64,000 nt of DNA, taken from the NCBI RefSeq assembly GCF_009914755.1, contig NC_060928.1; one strand, written 5' to 3'. The DNA is from the human T2T-CHM13v2.0 reference genome, Homo sapiens. This document shows positions 33,267-47,591 of the stretch, in pieces; the stretch's first letter is position 1, and the number at the start of each line of letters is the position of its first letter. A program made the position numbers and the translations under genes. Below the pieces are notes generated by a model, which was not told the DNA's origin, did no database searches, and saw only the letters and a list, made by a program, of their open reading frames with translations.

Positions 33267-34622
33267 TAAAACCTAATGGCACACCCTAGAAGAATAAAAG
33301 CAGTATTTACATAAATAGGATAAAATTAAAAGGTGGCTCCTTGTATTTGGATGTTTAAATCTCTAGGAAGGCCAGAGAAGTTTTCCTTGATTATTCCCTC
33401 AAATAATATGTTTTCCAAACTTTTAGAATTCTCTTCTTCCTTGGGAACACCAATTATTCTTAGATTTGGTCATTTAACATAATCTCAAACTTCTTGGAAG
33501 CTTTGTTCATTTTATTTTATTTTTTATTCTTTTTTCTTTGTTGGGTTGGGTTAATTTGAAAGCCTTGTCTTCAAGCTCTGAAGTTCTTTCTTTTGTTTGT
33601 TCAATTCTATTGTCGAGACTTTCCAGTGTATTTTGCATTTCTCTAAGTGTGTCCTTCATTTCCAGAAGCTGAGATTGTTTTTTATTTATGCTATAAATTT
33701 CTCTGGGGATTTTCCCATCCATATCTTATAACTTTTGGTTTTTTTTTATTTCTTTAAGTTTCTATTCACCTTTCTCTGGTGCCTCTTCCAGTAGCTTAGT
33801 AATTGACCTTCTGATTTCCTCTTTCCGGCAATTGAGAGATTTCTTCTTCATTTGGATCCACTGCTGGTGAGCTAGTGTGTTCCTTTGGGAGTGTTAAACA
33901 ACCTTGTTTTGTCATATAACCAGAATTGTTTTGCTGGTTCCTTCTCATTGGGGTAGACTATGTCAGAGGGAAGATCTAGCTCAAGGGCTGTTATTCAGAT
34001 TCTCTTGTCCCACAAGCATGTTCCCTTGATGTGATGCTCTCCCCACTTCCCCTAGGGATGGGGCTTCCTGAGAGCCAAACTGCCGTAATTGTTCTTTTCT
34101 GGGTCTAGCCACCCAGCAGAGCTGCTGGACTCCAGGCTGGTACTGGGCAATGTCTGTGATGAGTCCTGTGATGGGATCTGTCTTCAGGTCTCTCAGCCAT
34201 GGGTACCAGCACCTGCTCCAGTGGAGATAGGAGGGGAGTGAAGTGGACTCTGTGAGGGTCCTTGTTTGTGGTTTTCTTTAGTGTGCTGGTTGGCCTCCAG
34301 CCAGGAGGTGCCACTTTCAAGAAAGCATCAGCTGCAGTAGTATAGGGAGGGTACAAGTTTGCCCTGGGGTCACCTGGGTAAGTATTCAGGTTTCTCAGGC
34401 AGTGGGCAGGGCCATAGAGCTCCCAAGAGATTATGTCCTTGGTCTTTGGGTACCAGGGTGGGTAAAGACCATTAGGTGAGGGCAGGGTTATTCATGTCTG
34501 AGCTCAGACTGTCCTTGGGCAGGGCTTGCTGCGGCTGCTGTGGGGGATTAAGGTATGGTTCCCAGGCCAGTGGAGTTATATTCCCAGGGGTATGGGTGGA
34601 GTTATGTTCCCACAGGTATTAT

Positions 34623-36410
34623 TGAGAGGTGACAGCACGCTGGCAGTCCTCACAGCCCTCGCTTGCTCTCGGCACCTCCTCTGCCTGGGCCCCCACTTTG
34701 GCGGCATTTGAGGAGCCCTTCAGCCCACCACTGCACTGTGGGAGCCCCTTTCTGGGCTGGCCAAGGCTAGAGCCCACTCCCTCAGCTTGCAGGGAGGTGT
34801 AGAGGGACAGGCGCAAGTGGGAACCGGGGCTGCGTGCGGCGCTTGCGGGCCAGCTGGAGTTCCGGGTGGGCGTGGGCTTGGCGGGCCCCGCACTCAGAGC
34901 AGCCGGCCAGCCCTGCCGGCCCTGGGCAATGAGGGACTTAGCACCCGGGCCAGTGGCTGCGGAGGGTGTACTGGGTCCCCCAGCAGTGCCAGCCCACCGG
35001 CACCGCGCTCGATTTCTCACCGAGCCTTAGCTGCCTTCCTGCGGGGCAGGGCTCGGGACCTGCAGCCTGCCATGCCTGAGCCTCCCACCCACTCCATGGG
35101 CTCCTGTGCCGCCCCAGCCTCCCCAACGAGCACTACCCCCTGCTCCACGGCGCCCAGTCCCATCAACCACCCAAGGGCTGAGGAGTGCAAGCACACGGCG
35201 CGGGACTGGCAGACAGCTCCACATGCAACCCCGGTGTGGGATCCACTGGGTGAAGCCAGCTGGGCTCCTGAGTCTGGTGGGGACGTGGAGAGTCTTTATG
35301 TCTAGCTCAGGGATTGTAAACACACCAATCAGCACCCTGTGTTTAGCTCAAGGTTTGTGAGTGCACCAATCGACACTCTGTATCTAGCTGCTCCGGTGGG
35401 GCCTTGGAGAACCTTTATGTCTAGCTCAGGGATTGTAAATACACCAATCGGCACTCTGTATCTAGCTCAAGGTTTGTAAACACACCAATCAGCACCCTGT
35501 GTCTAGCTCAGGGTTTGTGAGTGCACCAATCAACACTCTGTATCTAACTACTCTGGTGGGGCCTTGGAGAACATTTATGTCTAGCTCAAGGTTTGTGAGT
35601 GTACCAATCGACACTCTGTATCTAGCTGCTCTGGTGGGGCCTTGGAGAACCTTTATGTCTAGCTCAGGGATTGTAAATACACCAATCGGCACTCTGTATC
35701 TAGCTCAAGGTTTGTAAACACACCAATCAGCACCCTGTGTTTAGCTCAAGGTTTGTGAATGCACCAATCGACACTCTGTATCTAGCTGCTCTGGTGGGGC
35801 CTTGGAGAACCTGTGTGACGAAACTCTGTATCTAACTAACCTGATGGGGACGTGGAGAACCTTTGTATCTAGCTCAGGGATTGTAAACGCACCAATCAGC
35901 GCCCTGACAAAAAAGGCCACTTGGCTCTACCAATCAGCAGGATGTGGGTGGGGCCAGATAAGAGAATAAAAAGCAGGCTGCCCAAGCCAGCATTGGCAAC
36001 CCGCTCAGGTCCCCTTCCACACTGTGGAAGCTTTGTTCTTTCGCTCTTTGCAATAAATCTTGCTACTGCTCATTCTTTGGGTCCACGCTGCTTTTATGAG
36101 CTGTAACACTCACCGCGAAGATCTGCAGCTTCACTCCTGAGCCCAGCGAGACCACGAGGCCACCGGGAGGAATGAACAACTCCAGATGCGCTGCCTTAAG
36201 AGCTGTAACACTCACCGCGAAGGTCTGCAGCTTCACTCCTGAGCCAGCGAGACCACAAACCCACCAGATGCAAGAAACTCCGAACACATCTGAACATCAG
36301 AAGGGACAGACTCCAGACGCGCCACCTTAAGAGCTGTAACACTCACCGCGAGGGTCCGCGGCTTCATTCTTGAAGTCAGTGAGACCAAGAACCCACCAAT
36401 TCCGGACACA
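34623..36410 (+). mobile_element. Solo LTR12C (ERV9 LTR), full length 1788 bp
   Basis: Starts TGAGAGGTGACAGC and ends CCAATTCCGGACACA, with a 4-bp TSD TTAT (34619-34622 and 36411-36414). It has a GC/CpG-rich 5' part, tandem CCAAT subrepeats and U5 repeats (GAGCTGTAACACTCACCGCGA x3). Confidence 0.95.
35295..36000 (+). promoter_or_regulatory. LTR12C U3 enhancer array and core promoter
   Basis: Eleven CCAAT boxes, repeated TATCT (GATA) motifs and GGTGGGG boxes. AGATAAG at ~35956 and the AATAAAA TATA-equivalent at 35965. Activity is not shown by sequence. Confidence 0.7.
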
Positions 36411-37080
36411 TTATGGCTGCCTCTGCTCTGTCATACAGGTCACCCGGGAAGTGGGGGAAAGCTGGCAGTGACAGGCCTCACCCAGTTCCCACACAGCCCA
36501 AAAGGCAGGTCTCACTCCTGCCATGCACCCCCAACAGCACCATGCCCCCTCAACCAGGCAACTGGTGAGCAGGGCTAAGATCTTGCCCAGACTACAAGCC
36601 TCCCCACTGAGAAAGCAAGCAGGGCTTTCAAGTTTCATGCCTGCCCATCTGCCATGGCTTCTGTGCTCGTATCTGAACTCCCCTTTCATCCCTTCCCTCA
36701 GATTCTGTCCAGGAAACATCCCATTCAATTGAAACTGTTACAACAAAGTTCAGCTGGAAGTTTCCTTCTCCCTATGGTCTTTCCCCAATTCCAGTGACAG
36801 CCCTCCCCAAGGACCTCTGCAAGAAAAAGTCAGAAATGACTTCCCTGGGGACCAAGAATGCCCACAGGGATCTCTCCACTGCTTCCTCTACCCCTGTATT
36901 TTGCCCGGCTCTCTAAATTCATCTCAGCTCCAGGTAAGCTCAAATCCTTCTCCCGTTATCTAGACCTTCAGGTTCCCCAGTGAGGATGTTGTGTTCAGAG
37001 GCAGACATTTCCCTGTCACACTTTGGGCACTCAGTTTTTCAGCTGTCTCACAGAGCCTGCAGTGGCAAGCTGCCTCTTTC

Positions 37081-38132
<1,052 letters not shown>

Positions 38133-38700
38133 GGAATTAGAAAAAGGAAACATGGACTAAATCCAAAGTAGCAGGAGGGGAAACAATAAAGATGAGAGCA
38201 AAAATTTTTTAAACGACAAATACAAAACTAATGAAGAAAAACAAAACCAGAAGTTTGTTCTCTGAGAATTTCAATAAAATTGGCAAAGCTTTAGCTAGAT
38301 TAAGAAAAAAAGAGAAGACACAAATTACCAAAGTCAGAAATGAAACAGAGGATATTACCACTAATTTTATAGAAATAAAGATCATAAGAAGCCAGCATGG
38401 TGGTGCATGCCTGTATTCCCAACTACACTTTAAGAGGCTGAGGTGGGAGGATTGCTTATACCTAGGAGTCTGAAGGCAGCCTGGGCAACACAATGAGACT
38501 AAATATAATAATGATGAAAATAATTAAAAGATCATACTCTCATAATCCAGAAACTCAAGAAATACCCAAACTGATCAAGAAGAAACAGAAAATCTGAATT
38601 GACTTATAAGAAGATGAATCAAAACCCTCTCAACAAAGAGACCAAAACAAAATAGTTTCACTGATAAATTTTACTAAACATTTAAAAAAGAATTAACATT

Positions 38701-38990
38701 GGCTGGGCGCAGTGGCTCACGCCTGCAATTCCAGCACTTTGGGAGGCCAAGGCAGGTGGATCACCTAAAGGTCAGGAGTTCAAGACCAGCCTAGCCAACA
38801 TGGTGAAACCCCGTCTCCACTAAAAATACAAAAATTAGCTGGGCGCGGTGGCACGTGCCTGTAATCCCAGCTACTTGGGAGGGTGAGACAGGAAAATCGC
38901 TAGAGCCCAGGAGGCGGAGGTTACAGTTGAGCCAAGATTGTGCCATTGCACTCTGGACGACAGAGCAAGACTCCGTCTCTAAAAAAAAGA
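38701..38990 (+). mobile_element. Alu (S-type)
   Basis: TSD AAGAATTAACAT on both sides. Confidence 0.92.
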
Positions 38991-39028
38991 AGAATTAACA
39001 TCAACCTTTCTCAAGCTCTGCCAAAAGA

Positions 39029-39329
39029 GGGCTGGGTGTGGTGGCTCATGCCTGTAATCCCAGCACTTTGGGAAGCAAAGGCAGGTGGACTGCTTGAGCC
39101 CAGGAGTTTGAGACCAGCCTAAGCAACATGGTGAAACCCCATCACTACCAAAAATACAAAAATTACCTGGGCATGGTAGCACACGCCTGTGGTCCCAGCT
39201 ACTTGTAGTGGTGGGGCAGGGGGGTGCTGAGGTAAGAGGATCACTAGGAAATTGAGGCTGCAGTGAGCCATAATAGCACCACTGCATTCCCAACTGGGTG
39301 ACAGAGTGAGACCCTGTCTCAAAAAAAAA
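39029..39329 (+). mobile_element. AluJ
   Basis: Diverged dimeric Alu with an A tail. Confidence 0.88.
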
Positions 39330-40789
39330 CCTCTTCCCAAACACATACAAGAAGGACAAATATAAAATTCATTCTATGAAACCAGTATTATCAAAGCCAA
39401 AAACACAACAAGAAAATTACAGGCCAATGTCCCTTATGAATACAGATGCAAAATTCCTCAGCTAATACCAGTAAACTGAGTTCAGTAGCATATTAAAAGG
39501 ACTACACACCCTGACCAAGTGGGTTTTTATCAACTTTCAGTATATGAAAATCAACCAACAAATCACACATTAATAAAGGAAAAAAATGATCATCTCAACT
39601 GATTGAGAAAAAAACGTGACAAAACCCAATATTCTTTAAACTAGAAATAGACAGGAACTTCTTCAACTTGATAAAGGCCATATACATGAAAAACTCACAG
39701 CTAACATCATATTCAGTGGTGAAAGATACAAGCTTTTCCCTTAAGATTAGGAACAAGGTAAAAATGTACACTATTATCACCTCTAATTATCACAGTACTA
39801 GAAGTTTTAGCCAGAGCAATTAGACAAGAAAAAGAAATAAATGACATCCAAATTGAAAAGGAATGTCAAGGTGGCACATGCCTGTAATCCCAGCTAGTCA
39901 GCAGGCTTAGGTGGGAGGATCCTTTGAGCTCGGGAGTTTGAGTTGAGCCTCAGCAACAAGTAAGACCCAGTTCCCCCCACCCTCCCAAAAAAGTAAAAGG
40001 AGTAAGTAAAATTATCTCTATTTACAGATGATAAGATCTTCTATACAGAAAACCCTAAAACCTGTTAGAACTACATAAACTCAGCAGGCCAAGTACACAT
40101 GCCAATAGTCCCAGCTACTAGGGTGGCTGAGGCAAGAGGATCACCTGAGCTTAGGAGTCTAAGGCTGCAGCGAGCTATGATCATATCACTGCACTCCAGC
40201 TTGGACAACAGAGCAAGACCCTGTCTCAAAAAAGAACAAAAAGAAAATTCAGAAAGATAAAGAGTCGACACACACAACACTCAGTTGCATTTCTATACAT
40301 CAACAATTAACAATCTGAAAAATAAATTTTAAAAAATCCCATTTAGAATAGCATCAAAGAAAATAAAATATTAAGAAATTAACCATAGAGGTAAAGGACT
40401 TGGATACCAAAAACTACAAAAGACTACTGAAAGAAATTAAAAAAGATCTAAACAAATGGAAAGATATCCCACATTCATGGGTTAAAAGACTTAATACTGT
40501 TGTCAATTTTACCCAAAGGGATCTACACATTTAATGCAATCCCTATCAAAATCTCAATGGCATTCTTTGCAGAAATAGAAAAAACCGACCCTAAAATTCT
40601 GATGGAATCTCAAGGAACCCCAGATACTAAATAACCTTGAAAAGGAAAAACAAAGTTGGAAAACTCACACCTCTTGATTTCAAAACCTACAACAAAACTA
40701 CAATAATCAAAACAGTGTTGCCACTTCTGTTTAACATAATGCTGGAAATTCTAGTCAGAATAATTAGACAAGAAAAATAAAAGGTCTAT

Positions 40790-41302
40790 TGTTGGGAGCA
40801 AGCCCCCCAAAATCTGGCCATAAACTGGCCCCAAAACTGGCCATAAACAAAATCTCTGCAGCACTGTGACATGTTCATGATGGCCATAACGCCCAAGCTG
40901 GAAGGTCGGGGGTTTACGGGAATGAGGGCAAAGAACACCTGGCCCGCCCAGGGCGGAAAACCACTTAAAGGTATTCTTAAGCCACAAACAATTGCATGAG
41001 CGATTTATGCCTTAAGGGCATGTTCCTGCTGCAGTTAACTAGCCCAATCTATTTCTTTAAGTTGGCCCATCCCTTCGTTTTCCATAAGGGATACTTTTAG
41101 TTAATCTAGTATCTATAGAAACAATGCTAATGACTGGCTTGCTGTTAATAAATACTTTGGTAAATGTCTGTTCAGGACTCTCAGCTCTGAAGGCTGTGAG
41201 ACCCCTGATTTCCCACTTCACACCTCTATATTTCTGTGTGTGTGTCTTTAATTCCTCTAGCGCCACTGGGTTAGGGTCTCCCCGACCGAGCTGGTCTCGG
41301 CA
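40790..41302 (+). mobile_element. Solo MER9 LTR (ERVK / HML-3)
   Basis: TGTTGGGAGCAAGCCCCCC...GAGCTGGTCTCGGCA, 513 bp with TG...CA ends. Perfect 6-bp TSD GTCTAT at 40784-40789 and 41303-41308. Confidence 0.88.
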
Positions 41303-41999
41303 GTCTATTTTGGAAAATCAGAAATTAAATTATCTGTCTGTAGATGGCACGACCTTATATGTAGAAAACCCTAATGAATTCACAAAAAAAATGTTAGAAC
41401 TAATAAATTTAGCTGAATAGTAGGATACAAAATCAACATGCAAAACTCAGTTATACTTCTATATACTAGCAATGAACAATTTGAAAAGTTTAAGAAATAA
41501 AATTGTATTTACAATAGCATCAAAATGTGTAACATTTAAGAATAAATTTAACCAAGGACTTGTACACTGAATTAAACAAGAAATGGAAACAAGAATTCAA
41601 GTAAATATTTATATGCCAACATTCATAGCAGCATTATTCACAATAGCCAAAAGGTGGAAACAACCTCAGTGTTCATCAACAGATGGATAAACATAATGTG
41701 GTATATAAAAAGGAATGACGTTCTGATACATGCTACGATGTGAATAAACCTTGAAACACACTAAGTGAAATAAGCTAGATACAAAAGGACAAGTATTGTA
41801 TGATTCCACTTATATGAGGGGCCCAAAGAAAGTTAAAAATTTAGATAAGAGGCTATTTTTAATTAACAGCCAAGATTTATTTTCATTCCTATGAAAGCCA
41901 GAAAATAATGTATTAAGACCACAAATGGCCCTATCTGTTCCCTATGGTTTCAATCTAACTAAAACCTTATCAATTTAACATTCTCCAGTCAATGCTCCT

Positions 42000-42292
42000 T
42001 CTTTTGAGACAGGGTCTGGCTTTGTTACCCTGGCTGGAGTGCAATAGTGCCATCTCAGCTCACTGCAACCTCTACCTCCAGGGCTCAAGTCATCCTCCCA
42101 CCTCAGCTTCCTGAGTAGCTGGAACTACAGGTGCATGCCACCATGCCTAACTGAGTTTTGTTTTTCTTTTCGGTAAAGATGTAATTTTGCCATGTTGCCC
42201 GGGCTGGTCTTGAACTCCTCGGCTCAAGTGATCCTACTGCGTTGGCCTCCCAAAGTGCTGGGATTACAGGTGTAAGCCATCACACCCAGCCT
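42000..42292 (-). mobile_element. AluJ
   Basis: Reverse-strand Alu with TSD TCAATGCTC. Confidence 0.9.
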
Positions 42293-43985
42293 CAATGCTC
42301 TTTTAACAAGCTCCACATTACCAACTTGTCAAAACTCATGCTACTCATCCTGAATAAACATAATGACTAAAGCAGGATACACTGAATGCTCCCAACTGGT
42401 ATACCTGAACATTTCTATTCCTATAAATTAAGTTGTATGTTTACATGAGTTGTATTTTTTCCTCAAACCTACTGACACAAGTTGTACTTATTGTAACTGG
42501 TTGACTGAAACACTTTTTAAACCGATACAATGAATGCAAAAAGAGTTGCTTCTAAAAATTAAATTTTTATTTTCTATTTCCTCAGTCTCTCAGGAAATGT
42601 ACACAGAATGCCCTAATTTTATCTCTCTCTCTACTCAAATGATGCCTGTTTCTTTTCAAAGAAGCCTTTCCTGGTTCATTCAATATGAAGTGGCATTCTC
42701 TGTATTCTTAAGTAAAGTACCCATACTTTACTTTTCTTCAGAACATTCAGTCTGATACTATGTTTTCTGTCTATTTCTACCATTAGATTACAAACTGCAT
42801 GAAGGCAGAGAATTGTCTTAGTTACTCTAGACCTCTAGCAATTAGAACAGTGCAAGAAATGTAGTAGGTGCTCAATGAAAATTTAAATGTTTAGAAAGAA
42901 TCCTTCAAGATAAGGTTTAATTAAAATGAGGGAATCTGCACTCAGACAAGACTTTTTCAATTAGCCACAGATAAGACAGATCCTACGTGTTCCCTTGTTC
43001 CCAAAATGAATTTTTCCTTCAATTCAAACGCAAACTTTCTTTTCAAGAATACCTCACATGCAAGCTCTTCACTACTACTCAGGAAAACCCTAAAGAATAA
43101 GTGCAATTTATTTCCAATCCCAACAGCAGTAAATTATCCACTTTGTTCTAAGGTTGATAATATCAGAATTTGTTAATGAAGTGCCAAAAATCATACCCTA
43201 AAATAACAACTAAAAACCTTTTCTCTGCTTTTCTTCAAATTTCTCTTAAGAAATTAACTCTCTGCCTTTTCAGGAAGTGGGGAGGGAAACTCTTTGGTAT
43301 TCAAATAAAACGTTACAATTCTGCTTTTAAATAAAGTGTGCTCCCTTCTAGTGTTTTCCAAAACCTTATACTAGAAGAGTTTCTAAATACTTTGAAAGCA
43401 AAAAAAACAAAATTTTGATTCATCAAAATTTTGACTGCCCTTGAAATCAATTTTTAATTATATAAAATTTTAGTAAGTTCTGGGTTTTTTAACACATCCT
43501 AAAAAACTAAAAGATAAGGAAACTGCCACATGGTCAGAAGTCATTGCGGCTCTGAAAGGTCACATGTATTACTTCATTCTTTGAAAAAAACACAAAAACT
43601 GGTCATACTGAAAATGCAAACTGAATAGAGCTATAAATAAATTTCAATAAGGTATGACAGTAATAAAAAAATGACAATGAAAAATGAATTACGAGGTTTT
43701 AAATTGAACTAAAAATTGCTTTTACTTTCTAAAATCAAGTTGCATTCAAAAACAAAATCATATTACAGTTAGGAATACAGACATGTAATAAAAATTTTTT
43801 AAAGAATAAAACTCAGAATAAAGTTATCTTTGCTTATGTTCTTAAACTATAACATACGCCCTTGGATTTGAGAAAACAGAAAATTAATGAAATGATTCAC
43901 AGCAGCCAAACCACAGTTATACCAGTTACCTCGGGGAAAACACTTTTGGTTACTGTATATGACTTATGAAAAAATTTTACAATAA

Positions 43986-44282
<297 letters not shown>

Positions 44283-45409
44283 TGTAATAATTTCATATTA
44301 AGTATCTTTTCTAATGGTAGGGAGTATTAAGTTTTATGCTGGAAGAATTCTTCATTATAAAATATCTGACATCCCATTATCAAAGAAAAGCATGTATCCA
44401 ATTTCCAAAGGCTCATGTCAAAGATAATCGATTACTGCACATCAGTTTCCACTTATTGAAAATCTATTGTGTATCATTGTTAGATGCCTTATATATATTC
44501 CTCTTACATAAGCCTCAAAGTATAAGGTTAAGTATTTTGCACAAAGCCAGTCATACAGAAAAAAGCAAAATCAATCTACATCAAGTCTGCCATGCTCCCA
44601 AGTCAGTGCACCATGGTATTTTCTCCAACAGTGCATACTCGTAACCTAACAAATCTTGAGGTGGGTCCTATAAAACATATAGAACCTAGCTGCTGAAAAG
44701 AGCTACCTGTCTGGGCTGACACATGTGTCACCTTCAGCCCTTCTTTCCTCTAGGAGGTTAAAAAAAAAAAAAAAGTCGGTTTAATCTGCTGAAGATTATG
44801 CTTATTAAAAAAAAAAACAGAAAAGAAAATGTAGAACTTCTTCCACATGTTCTCTTTATGACTTAAAAAAGCAACAGAAGGTAAGCTGATCATGATCAAA
44901 GACCAAAATTTCTAAACTCTAGCTACATATGAAACTCTAGCTCAGCTTTGGCTTTTGTAAACACTTAACAGCCGTGTAGTCGGACTAAATGACTTCCAGG
45001 GACAGCCTACGTTTTCCAAAACCCTCAATATAAAACTATAACATACAGAAATAATACACAGCAACAGAATATGCATATTTTCTTGTTACATGTTCTTGAG
45101 AGTAAAAATTGTACCTTCTTCATCCACTAAAGTACCTTAAAATATGTGATGTAGCCATTTACTAAGTATTTATTAAACTTTCGAATTTATGTTCTTCCAT
45201 ACATCACAATGGATTTGAACTGACAGAAATGAAACTTCATACTGATAACAGAAGTTACACTGCTCCAAAACTCTGAAGTAGGGCAGATCTTGGTTAATCC
45301 TTTTTGCTAAGTAAATCAACTGAAAAGAATGACTTAGATCAAAATTTTTATATTCCATTTGGAAATGAGAACACGTCTATTTCTTAATATTCTGGAACTG
45401 ATAACTCAC

Positions 45410-46135
45410 CTGAGACCATGGTCTGTGATCTGATAACATCCAGATAAACTGAGAAACAGAAGTACACGTCCAGTCTCTTGATCAGATTTTTCACTCCCAA
45501 AGTAAATTAAGTCTTTTCCCCTAGGCAATCTAGTCCTTGCTGCTTTTCTACACATTGCAGAAGATTCTGGGAGTGATGACATAGTTCTTAAAGCTGTTCC
45601 TGTACAACAAAATGAGTGACCACAATACGCAAAGGCTGGAGAAGCACAATGCTGCTGCCAACAGACACTAGTCCTTAGTCCAACAATGTCCTTACTAAAA
45701 CAACCAGAGGTGGAACAACTAAAGTTGGATGCTGTTTCCATTACACAAAGACTTTCAACATTTCTATGTCTCCATTCCACAGTATCTTCAATATCAGCCA
45801 AATCTTCAGCATCTAACATCCACACATAAGGAGAAGTGAAATTCTCAGAAGAAACAGGCTTAGTCCAGGGGTGTTCATTATCTATTTCTTCTCCAATGCC
45901 CTTGTTAGTTAAATCGTGCAAACAGGCATACTGCTTGGTGGACTGCATGGTAATGTCTTTATTTTTCCACGCAGTTGAAGTAATTTTGCTTGTAGATGTT
46001 TTCAAAAAGCCACTTTGATGAGATGTCAGAATTCCAAGAGCTCTGGAAATCTTCTCTAGGGCCACATCTGTGATTTTCTCACAACCAGACAGATCAAGAT
46101 GCCGAAGACTCTGGCAGCAACCAAGCCAAGACCAA
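45410..46135 (-). CDS. FBXL5: FBXL5 large coding exon (726 nt; LRRs plus long insertion)
   Basis: Lies within ORF 45406-46152, boundaries tatag|T TGG...CTC AG|gtgagt. Contains LRR motifs [14 protein letters not shown] and [14 protein letters not shown]. Confidence 0.97.
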
Positions 46136-47030
46136 CTATAATTAAAAGACAAGACTATTAATGAATATTGTTAAATTTTTCAAAAGCATTTGACTATATG
46201 CATGTAGATGAAAACCAGAAGAAAGATTTGACATCTAATATAATCACTTAAGTATTTAGTGAATTATCTATTGTTAAGGTACTATTCTTGATGCTAGGGA
46301 TACAAAAACTCAATGAGAGTAATAAGGAAGTCAAAGTATTCCTAACCTAACAGAAGGGTAGGATTTGAGAGGCGTAAGGATTGGAAGACTTAAGTTTATT
46401 ATCCTAAAAGTAGTCAGCAGAAGTAAGGCTGCAAACACATGAAAGAAAGAGAATAACCGACGGTTAATGAGGAAGATCCATAAGAAACAAGCTCTAGGAA
46501 GATGGAGCATTAGCTTTAGCCCGAGAAGAGTATACCTCTTCCTCTGCAGCAGGAAAAAAGGTGCTGATATAAATAGTTGGGTGGGAAAGAGGGAGTGAGC
46601 AATAATACAGAGAATTGGTGGTCAAGGAGATATACTCTGGGAAGAAGGTGGCTTGAAGAAAGTTACACTATACTATTTCAGAGTAACTGTGAAGAATCTA
46701 AGAGGGAGCTTTGCCAAATGGCACTTAGAGCCCAACTAAAACTAAAACTTCTTAAAAACATATAATACCAATCTACATGGTTGCACAGCAGGGCTCAAGG
46801 GCCTAGACAAAATATAGGACTACAGAGATTGCAAGATAATACAGATGGGATTTTTGGATCAGCTGGGACCTATGAGTAAGAAGTGAAGAACTGGAGGGTG
46901 CTATCAAATTATACTCAGACATGACTGAGATTTGATAGTAAAAAATAATAGTATGATTAAACTGCAATTACATAAATGAAACCTTATAAAATAGTTTTTC
47001 ATTATATTTAAATTGTTTAAAATAACTAAC

Positions 47031-47113
47031 CTGTCAAATGCAGAATCTGAAATGTCAGTCTGGGTAAGATCCAGATGCTCCAGGTTAGGACAAAGCTCTA
47101 AAATCTGCCTAAC
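47031..47113 (-). CDS. FBXL5: FBXL5 coding exon (83 nt)
   Basis: Boundaries cttttag|GTT...GAC AG|gttagt. Encodes [27 protein letters not shown](S), an LRR. Confidence 0.95.
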
Positions 47114-47289
47114 CTAAAAGGCAAGAAATTGTCACTGTAAAGATCTGCAGAACTTCAGTTAGCTAAGTAACAGATGACTATTAGTAAACATAATCTAGTT
47201 CACAAACTTTTGTGAATATAAAAAAAAATCACTTGAATACTTGAAAAAAGTATAATAAAATATTCTGGGCTCAAATCCCTGAGAATCTC

Positions 47290-47591
47290 TTTTTTTTTTT
47301 TTTTTTTTTTTGAGACAGAGTCTCGCTCTGTCACCCAGGCTGGAGGGCAGTGGCAGTATCTTGGCTCACTGCAACCTCCGCCTTCCGGGTTCAAGCGATT
47401 CTTCTGCCTCAGCCTCCTGAGTAGCTGAGACTACAGGCACACGCCACTACATCTGGCTAATTTTTGCATTTTTAGTAGAGATGGGGTTTCACCATATTGG
47501 CCAGGCTGGTCTTGAACTCCTGACCTCATGATCCACCCACCTCGGTCTCCCAAAGTGCTGGGATTACAGGCATGAGCCACCGCACCCGCCC
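47290..47591 (-). mobile_element. Alu (Sc/Sg-like)
   Basis: Reverse-strand Alu with a long T run. Confidence 0.92.

Larger units (their letters stand above)
33340..37080 (-). mobile_element. L1PB/old L1PA-type 5'UTR plus ORF1 fragment, interrupted by LTR12C
   Basis: Minus ORF 33507-33722 is the ORF1p coiled coil (KKQSQLLEMKDTLREMQNTLESLDNRIEQ). 5'UTR-like sequence lies on both sides of the LTR. Confidence 0.8.
38133..41830 (+). mobile_element. Old fragmented L1M ORF2/3' pieces, host to Alus and MER9
   Basis: Decayed ORF2 sequence with Alu monomers at ~38390-38500, ~39865-39995 and ~40085-40245. Confidence 0.75.

Noticed and set aside
34619-35717. Several overlapping ORFs of 60-172 aa on both strands
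   Set aside because: They lie in GC-rich LTR12C sequence, where stop codons are rare. No protein-family features.
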